A stretch of DNA of 64,000 bases from Pseudomonadota bacterium (GTDB taxonomy: Bacteria; Pseudomonadota; Alphaproteobacteria; Rhodobacterales; Rhodobacteraceae): the NCBI GenBank assembly GCA_039180875.1, contig JBCDCY010000001.1, positions 348,045 to 412,044 on the forward strand, in the 5' to 3' direction. The position numbers and the translations under genes are program-made. The notes under the pieces were generated by a model. The model saw only the letters and a list, made by a program, of their open reading frames with translations, had not been told where the DNA came from and ran no database searches. Position 1 is the first letter of the stretch; each line of letters starts with the position of its first letter. Shown here in pieces: positions 58,541 through 64,000 of this stretch.

Positions 58541-60625
58541 TCAGCTCTGTTCCGTCTCCAGGAAGGGGGCCAGGCCCTCGCTCACCTTGAGATGAAGGTC
58601 TTTGTCGTTGCCGAAGTCGGGGTCCCGATCTTCCGCCGCGAAACTCGCCGAGACGGCCTGGCTGGCCCGCTCGATCAGGTCGGCGTCCTGCACCAGCTCG
58701 CCCACGCAGTGCCGGATCGCCTCGATCGGCGGGTCGCCGTCGCGGCCGCTGTTGAGCCAGACCATGCGGACGTAGAGAGCGCAGTGGTGGACGAGCATCG
58801 CCTGCTCGCGCGTGACGCATTTCGCGGCGATATCGGCCAGCCCCCATTCCTCGAGCCGTCGGACCTGGTGCTCGGCAACGCTGCCCGGCCGGCCGACCAG
58901 CGGCAGGTCGACGATCGGACCGTCCTCCTCCTCGAGCGCGAGTTCGGCGAGGACGTGGTGCACCGACTGAACGGCAACCGACCCCTCGCCAACGGCCGAG
59001 GCGACACGCTTGATCGAGCCGGATCGAACGTCGCCGACGGCGAAGACCCCGGGCTGGCTGGTCTCCAGGAAGAACGGCCGGCGTTCAAGCGGCCAGGTAT
59101 CGGACGCGTCCATCCCCGTCAGGACGAAGCCGTTTCCATCCAGCGCGACGCAGCCGTTCAGCCACCCGGCGTTGGGCACCGCGCCGATCATCAGGAAGAG
59201 ATTGGCGATCTTGCGCTCCTCCTCCTCCCCCGTCTCGATATTGCGCCACCGCACCGTGTCGAGCGCGCGTTGCCCGTCGAGTGCTACGACCTCGGTCCGG
59301 CGGTGCAGCGTGATGTCGGGCGAGGCCTCGATCCGGCTCACCAGATAGTCGGACATCGTGCTCGACAGCGTGTCCTTGCGGATCAGGAGATGGACATGGC
59401 GCGCGTGGCGCGACAGGAAGACGGCGGCCTGGCCCGCAGAGTTCCCGCCGCCCACGATGGCGATCTCGCGGCCCTCGCAATACTCGGCCTCGATGGCGGT
59501 GGCGGCATAGTGGACGCCCGCGCCCTCGAAGCTCTCGAGGTTGGGCAGGTCGAGGCGCCGATACGCCGCCCCCGACGCGATCACCACGCTTCTTGCCCGA
59601 AACGACGTGCCATCGGCCGTCGTCAGGATGTACGGTCGGACGGAGCAATCGAGCGAGACAACCCGCCGCGCCACCGCGATGACGGCCCCGAACTTCTGGG
59701 CTTGGACCTGGGCACGGCCGGCCAGCGCCTGGCCCGATATACCCGTCGGGAAGCCGAGATAATTCTCGATCTTGGAGCTGGTGCTGGCCTGTCCGCCGGG
59801 CGCGTCCTCCTCGATCACCAGGGTCGCGAGCCCTTCGGACGCCGCGTAGACCGCTGCCGCGAGGCCCGAGGGTCCGCCGCCGACGACCACGACGTCACAG
59901 GCCGAGGGGCCGATCGGCTGCTCGATCAGGCCGAGCGCCTCGGCGATCTCGAAGTTGCTCGGGCGGCCGATGGGAAGGCTGCCGGGCTTGAGCAGGGCGG
60001 GCAGAGCCAGGTCGTTGCCGGCAAGCTGGCGAACGATGCCGAGCGCCGTCGGGTTTGTGTCGGCATGGATCAGGCGGACCGGATAGCCGTTGCGCCGCAG
60101 GAAGCGCTCGATCCGCAGCGTCTCTCCGTCGTCCCGGTCGCCGAGGACGGTGACGCCGCCCTGGGTCTCTTCGATCAGGCCCATGCGCCGCAGGATGAGG
60201 GCGCGCGTCACCACCTCTCCGATATCCGGCTCGGCGGTCAGGAGGCGACGCAGGGTCAGTCGGTCGAGGCGCACGATCTCGCCGTCCTCGCCCATCCGGC
60301 CGCTGACCAGGATCTCGCGGTCGTTAAAGAGATCGAGCTCGCCGGTGAAATTGCGCGGGCCGTGGGTGGTGATCACCCGATCGCCTTCGAGCGCATGGTC
60401 GATGATCTCAATCGAGCCCGACAGGATCACGAAGCAATCAACGCTGCGATCGCCCCGGGTAAAGGTCGCCGTCCCTTTCGTCAGACGCTCGCGTTTTCCG
60501 AAGCGGGAGATGCGCTCTAACTGGTCCCTGGTGAGGCGCGGAAAGATCTGCGCCTCGCGCTCGTAGGCGCTCGCGCGGCGTTCCTCGTCGTCGTCACCGT
60601 CTACAGTTCCGGTCTCGTCGGTCAT
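58541..60625 (-). CDS. cyclic-nucleotide-binding-domain protein fused to a thioredoxin-reductase-like FAD/NAD(P) oxidoreductase
   Basis: Two N-terminal cNMP-binding-like regions, then VVVVGGGPSGLAAAVYAASEG...GGGNSAGQAAVFL dinucleotide-binding motifs of TrxR-type flavoproteins; start MTDETGTV at 60625. Confidence 0.75.
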   Translation of the reverse strand: MTDETGTVDGDDDEERRASAYEREAQIFPRLTRDQLERISRFGKRERLTKGTATFTRGDRSVDCFVILSGSIEIIDHALEGDRVITTHGPRNFTGELDLFNDREILVSGRMGEDGEIVRLDRLTLRRLLTAEPDIGEVVTRALILRRMGLIEETQGGVTVLGDRDDGETLRIERFLRRNGYPVRLIHADTNPTALGIVRQLAGNDLALPALLKPGSLPIGRPSNFEIAEALGLIEQPIGPSACDVVVVGGGPSGLAAAVYAASEGLATLVIEEDAPGGQASTSSKIENYLGFPTGISGQALAGRAQVQAQKFGAVIAVARRVVSLDCSVRPYILTTADGTSFRARSVVIASGAAYRRLDLPNLESFEGAGVHYAATAIEAEYCEGREIAIVGGGNSAGQAAVFLSRHARHVHLLIRKDTLSSTMSDYLVSRIEASPDITLHRRTEVVALDGQRALDTVRWRNIETGEEEERKIANLFLMIGAVPNAGWLNGCVALDGNGFVLTGMDASDTWPLERRPFFLETSQPGVFAVGDVRSGSIKRVASAVGEGSVAVQSVHHVLAELALEEEDGPIVDLPLVGRPGSVAEHQVRRLEEWGLADIAAKCVTREQAMLVHHCALYVRMVWLNSGRDGDPPIEAIRHCVGELVQDADLIERASQAVSASFAAEDRDPDFGNDKDLHLKVSEGLAPFLETEQS

Positions 60626-60791
60626 CCGCGCCTTCCCGTGCCGATTTTGCTGGCGATGTCCGCGGCGGGCCACAGGTCCGACGCTTTTCGGCCCGGCAGG
60701 ACCGCTCAGGGTTCGCATACACCAAGATAGGGCCGAAGCCAAAAGGGGCCGCCACCGATCCCGCCGGGGAGCTGCGATCGGGGCGCGTCCC

Positions 60792-62108
60792 TCAGGCCTC
60801 GTGGCGGTTGGACCAAAGCTCCCAGGCGAAGCGGGCGCGGACGCCGATGTCGAGGAAGGGTCGCGGCGGCAGGGGAGTGGGCTCGCCGAGGCTCAGCATA
60901 TCCTCGATCAGCGGGTTGTCCCGGCCGGTGGCCAGATCGGCCGCCAACAAGCCGCCGATCGTGCCCTTGGTCACGCCGACCGCGTTCTGACAGACCGCGC
61001 TCCAGACGTTCGAGGCGAGGGGGCCGAAGCCCGGGGCGCTGTTGCGGGAGAGGCAGACGAAGCCCGACCAGGTGCGCTCGATCTCAACATCGCGGAGCGC
61101 GGGAAAACGGGCGTCGAACAGGCGCTTGTGACGCCGCCCGATGGCCGCCCGCTCCGCCTCGCTCACCCGCTGCGAGGGGCAGTAGTTCAAGCCCTGCCGG
61201 AGCAGGATCCGCCGGTCGTTGGTGTAGCGCATGGTGATGCCGGCGAAGGCGTTGGCCGGCGTCAGACCCCACGGCGCCTCGACCCCGAAGGCCGCTTGCT
61301 GCGCCTCGCTCAGCGGATGGGTGAGGCTGGCATGGGCGGCCAGGTGCATGAAGCGGCCGGGGTAGAAGCCGAATTGCTCGGCAAAGCCGTTCGCGGCCAG
61401 GATCATGCGCGGCGCCCGGACGGAGCCCTGGGGCGTCGTCAGCTGCACCCCGTTGCGAAAATCCGCGGCGATGACGGGCGAGCCTTCGTAAAGCGTCACG
61501 CTGTCCGGCAGGCTGTCGGCCAGTCCCCGCACCAGCGCCGCCGGGTTCATCAGCACGGTGCCCGGTGTATAGACCGCGGCGGTGAAGTGCCGGGTGCCGA
61601 GGCGCTCGGCCAGGGCCTCGCCTTCGATCCAGTCCCAGGGCTCGCCGAGCGCCTCGAGCTCGCGCGAGAAGGGGGTGAGCACCTCGTCGACCCCGCGGGG
61701 GGAGACGGCGGCGTGGTACTTGCCATCTTCCGACCAGTCGCAGTCGATATCGTGTATCTCCACCGCGCTGCCGAGGGCCTCGATCGCGGCCCGGGCGAGG
61801 CGCATGAAGCGGATCGAGCCGTCGAGCTCCTCCAGCGAGGAGCCCACATTGTGCGGCAGGTCGATCGCGAAGCCGGAATTGCGGCCCGAGGCGTTTTCGC
61901 CCACCGCGCCGGCCTCGATCAGCGCGACGCTCTCCTCCGGGCGGTTCTCGGCCAGCCGGCGGGCGGCCGCCAACCCGGCATAGCCGGCGCCTAGGACGAT
62001 CCAATCGACCGTCCGATCGCCCTGCAGCGGCGCCTGCCCTTCGCGTGGCGGGAGCATGGTCGACCAGCCGTTGGTCCGATCGTCCTTCGGCAAACGCTGG
62101 ATCTGCAT
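60792..62108 (-). CDS. FAD-dependent oxidoreductase (DAO family)
   Basis: DWIVLGAGYAGLAAARRLAE dinucleotide-binding motif near the N-terminus; the ORF upstream of MQIQRLPK looks like a GC-driven extension. Confidence 0.7.
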   Translation of the reverse strand: MQIQRLPKDDRTNGWSTMLPPREGQAPLQGDRTVDWIVLGAGYAGLAAARRLAENRPEESVALIEAGAVGENASGRNSGFAIDLPHNVGSSLEELDGSIRFMRLARAAIEALGSAVEIHDIDCDWSEDGKYHAAVSPRGVDEVLTPFSRELEALGEPWDWIEGEALAERLGTRHFTAAVYTPGTVLMNPAALVRGLADSLPDSVTLYEGSPVIAADFRNGVQLTTPQGSVRAPRMILAANGFAEQFGFYPGRFMHLAAHASLTHPLSEAQQAAFGVEAPWGLTPANAFAGITMRYTNDRRILLRQGLNYCPSQRVSEAERAAIGRRHKRLFDARFPALRDVEIERTWSGFVCLSRNSAPGFGPLASNVWSAVCQNAVGVTKGTIGGLLAADLATGRDNPLIEDMLSLGEPTPLPPRPFLDIGVRARFAWELWSNRHEA

Positions 62109-62168
62109 GCGGCGGGGCCCTGAATACCTTGACAAGCCACACCATGCAGGAGTGTATGCAAAAAGACA

Positions 62169-62828
62169 ATGCTGTCTGGAACGCCCACGATGAGCCTTCT
62201 CTCCACCCGCGACCAGCCGGCGCGCGAGCCGCGGCTCGGGCCCGACGACTGGATCCTCGCGGCCCTCACAGCCCTGGTGGAGCAGGGCGTGGACACGGTG
62301 CAGATCGCCGCCCTGGCGCGGGACCTCGGCGTCACCCGCGGCAGCTTCTATTGGCATTTCGAGAACCGCGAGGCGCTGCTTGAGGCCTGTCTCGGCGAAT
62401 GGCGGGCCCGCAATACCGGGGTGATGATCGAGGCCCTGCGTGAGGCCGCGACGCTGGAGGACGGCATCCTCGCGCTCTTCGCCATCTGGGTCGATCACAG
62501 CCGCTTCGACCCGCGGCTCGACCAGGCCGTGCGCGACTGGGCCCGCCGCTCCGATCAGGTACATCGGACGGTGGCGGCCGAGGATGACGACCGCGTGCGT
62601 GCCATCGCGGCCTTCTTCGAGCGCATGGACTACGCCCCGACGGATGCCTTCATCCGGGCCCGCGTTCTCTACTTCACCCAGGTGAGCTACTACGCCCTGG
62701 CGCTGGCCGAACCGATGGCCACCCGGCTCGGCTATCTCGAGGCCTATTTCCGCGCCTTCACCGGCCGTGAGATCGACCCCTCGGCCGCCGATGCCTTCGC
62801 CGCCATGCACCGGGACGCGGGGACATGA
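62169..62828 (+). CDS. TetR/AcrR-family transcriptional regulator
   Basis: TetR HTH LTALVEQGVDTVQIAALARDLGVTRGSFYWHFENREALLEA; divergent from the oxidoreductase, stop overlaps the downstream mttB-like start. Confidence 0.8.
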   Translation: MLSGTPTMSLLSTRDQPAREPRLGPDDWILAALTALVEQGVDTVQIAALARDLGVTRGSFYWHFENREALLEACLGEWRARNTGVMIEALREAATLEDGILALFAIWVDHSRFDPRLDQAVRDWARRSDQVHRTVAAEDDDRVRAIAAFFERMDYAPTDAFIRARVLYFTQVSYYALALAEPMATRLGYLEAYFRAFTGREIDPSAADAFAAMHRDAGT

Positions 62829-64000
62829 GCGGCGCCCGGGCCGGAGGTCGGGCCGCGCGGCGGGCATTGCGCCAGCGCGGCCGATTGTTCGATCGCGCCT
62901 GGCGGGAGTGGGTGAACCCCTTCCCCCCGGTGGAGCTGCTGAGCGCCGACCAGGTCGAGGCGATCCACGAGGGCTCGCTCAAGGTCCTGAGCGACACCGG
63001 CATCCGGGTGTTGAGCGAGGAGGCCCGCAGGCTCTACGCCGGGGCGGGCATGCATGTGGCGGACGAGATGGTCCGCTTCGATCCCGACGCAGTGCTCGCC
63101 CTGGTGGCCCAGGCGCCATCCCAGGTCCATCTGAGGGCGCGCGGCACCGACCGCGATGTCCGGATCGGCGGCCGCCAGGTGGGCGTCTGCACCACCGGCG
63201 GCACCCCCAACTTCTCCGACCTCGAAGGCGGGCGCCGGCCGGGAACTCTGGCGCTGCTCGGCGATTTCTGCCGCCTGGCCCAAAGCTTCGACGTCATTCA
63301 CATCATCGGCCCGTTCGTCGAGCCCCAGGACGTGGCGCTCAACGTGCGCCATCTCGAGATGACGCGGACGGTGGTGACGCAGACCGACAAGGTGCCCTTC
63401 GTCTTCTTCCGCGGGCGCGAGGCGGTGGCCGACGCCTACGAGATCATCCGCATCGCCAACGGCCTGACGCCGGAGGAGTTCACCGCGACCCCCGTCAGCT
63501 ATTCGGTGGCCAACTCCAACTCTCCGCTGCAGCTCGACCGGCTGATGTGCGCGGGGATCGTCGACGCGGCCCGGGCCGGGCAGCTGATGGTGCTGACTCC
63601 CTTCACGCTCGCAGGCGCGATGGCGCCGATCACCCTGGCCGGTGCGCTCACCCTGCAGAATGCCGAGGCGCTGGCCGGCATCGCGCTCGCCCAGATCGCC
63701 CGGCCGGGCGCGCCTGTGTGCTACGGCAGCTTCACCAGCAACGTCGACATGCGCACCGGCGCCCCCGCCTTCGGCACGCCGGAATACGTGAAGGCAGCCT
63801 TCGCCTCGGGCCAGCTCGCCCGGCGCTACGGGCTGCCGCTGCGCAGCTCCGCCGTCACCGCCTCCAACGCCCCGGACGCCCAGGCCGCTTACGAGACGCA
63901 GATGTCGCTTTGGGGCGCGATGATGGGCGGCACCAACCTGCTGCTGCATGGGGCCGGCTGGCTGGAGGGCGGGCTGACGGCCTCCGCCGAGAAGTTCATC
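62825..64000 (+). CDS. MttB-superfamily (trimethylamine/glycine-betaine methyltransferase-like) protein, 3'-truncated by the window end
   Basis: Manual translation gives ...LSADQVEAIHEGSLKVLSDTGIRVLSEEARRLYAGAGMHVADEMVRFDPD..., the conserved MttB N-terminal region; no stop before position 64000. Confidence 0.75.
   Translation, partial: MSGARAGGRAARRALRQRGRLFDRAWREWVNPFPPVELLSADQVEAIHEGSLKVLSDTGIRVLSEEARRLYAGAGMHVADEMVRFDPDAVLALVAQAPSQVHLRARGTDRDVRIGGRQVGVCTTGGTPNFSDLEGGRRPGTLALLGDFCRLAQSFDVIHIIGPFVEPQDVALNVRHLEMTRTVVTQTDKVPFVFFRGREAVADAYEIIRIANGLTPEEFTATPVSYSVANSNSPLQLDRLMCAGIVDAARAGQLMVLTPFTLAGAMAPITLAGALTLQNAEALAGIALAQIARPGAPVCYGSFTSNVDMRTGAPAFGTPEYVKAAFASGQLARRYGLPLRSSAVTASNAPDAQAAYETQMSLWGAMMGGTNLLLHGAGWLEGGLTASAEKFI

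Noticed and set aside
54783-60520. Several 400-730-aa ORFs antisense to liuD, liuE, liuC and the cNMP-TrxR gene
   Set aside because: All overlap sense genes with strong family signatures and lack motifs of their own
62744-63949. 401-aa minus-strand ORF at the right end
   Set aside because: Manual translation of the plus strand gives a clear MttB-family N-terminus starting at 62825; the minus ORF is its shadow
1-64000. CRISPR arrays
   Set aside because: No series of regularly spaced direct repeats found; the only tandem or inverted repeats are the GIY-YIG unit, the ~95-bp structured repeat pair and the intragenic RTX duplication

Overview
This is a 64 kb GC-rich (about 65-70%) chromosomal segment that looks alphaproteobacterial, possibly Rhodospirillales; that placement is inferred from gene content and synteny only. 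Most of it is conserved housekeeping: tdh, miaB, phoH-ybeY-corC-lnt, metK, trmB, aroA-cmk-rpsA-sppA-ihfB-lapA, trpF-trpB...trpA, a liu (leucine/isovalerate catabolism) operon, tRNA-Met, and the 5' end of a TetR-mttB pair. A pyrimidine/hydantoin reductive-catabolism cluster is also present: a NitT/TauT-type ABC transporter, a D-hydantoinase, an N-carbamoyl-amino-acid amidohydrolase and a beta-alanine--pyruvate transaminase.

The segments that do not look like ordinary core genome are:
1. A roughly 2.75 kb insertion between trpB and trpA. It holds two tandem tRNA-like sequences with non-canonical anticodon loops, an SPFH/band-7 protein carrying a large internal insertion, a DUF2158 small protein, and a translationally coupled hypothetical.
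2. A miniature element with terminal inverted hairpin repeats that carries a GIY-YIG nuclease gene. It has a partial tandem duplication and sits between the hydantoinase and carbamoylase genes.
3. A lower-GC patch with a solitary MazF/PemK-family toxin gene, translationally coupled to the 3' end of the hydantoinase gene and lacking a recognisable antitoxin.
4. A structured dispersed repeat of about 95 bp found upstream of aroA and, in the same relative orientation, upstream of the transaminase gene.
5. A 1625-aa RTX/PA14/LamG giant secreted protein with an internal repeat of about 650 aa and no local type I secretion genes.
6. A metK leader with mutually exclusive pairings around the ribosome-binding site.

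No CRISPR array, integrase or transposase was seen. Many long antisense ORFs in the six-frame track are GC-driven shadow ORFs and were rejected.
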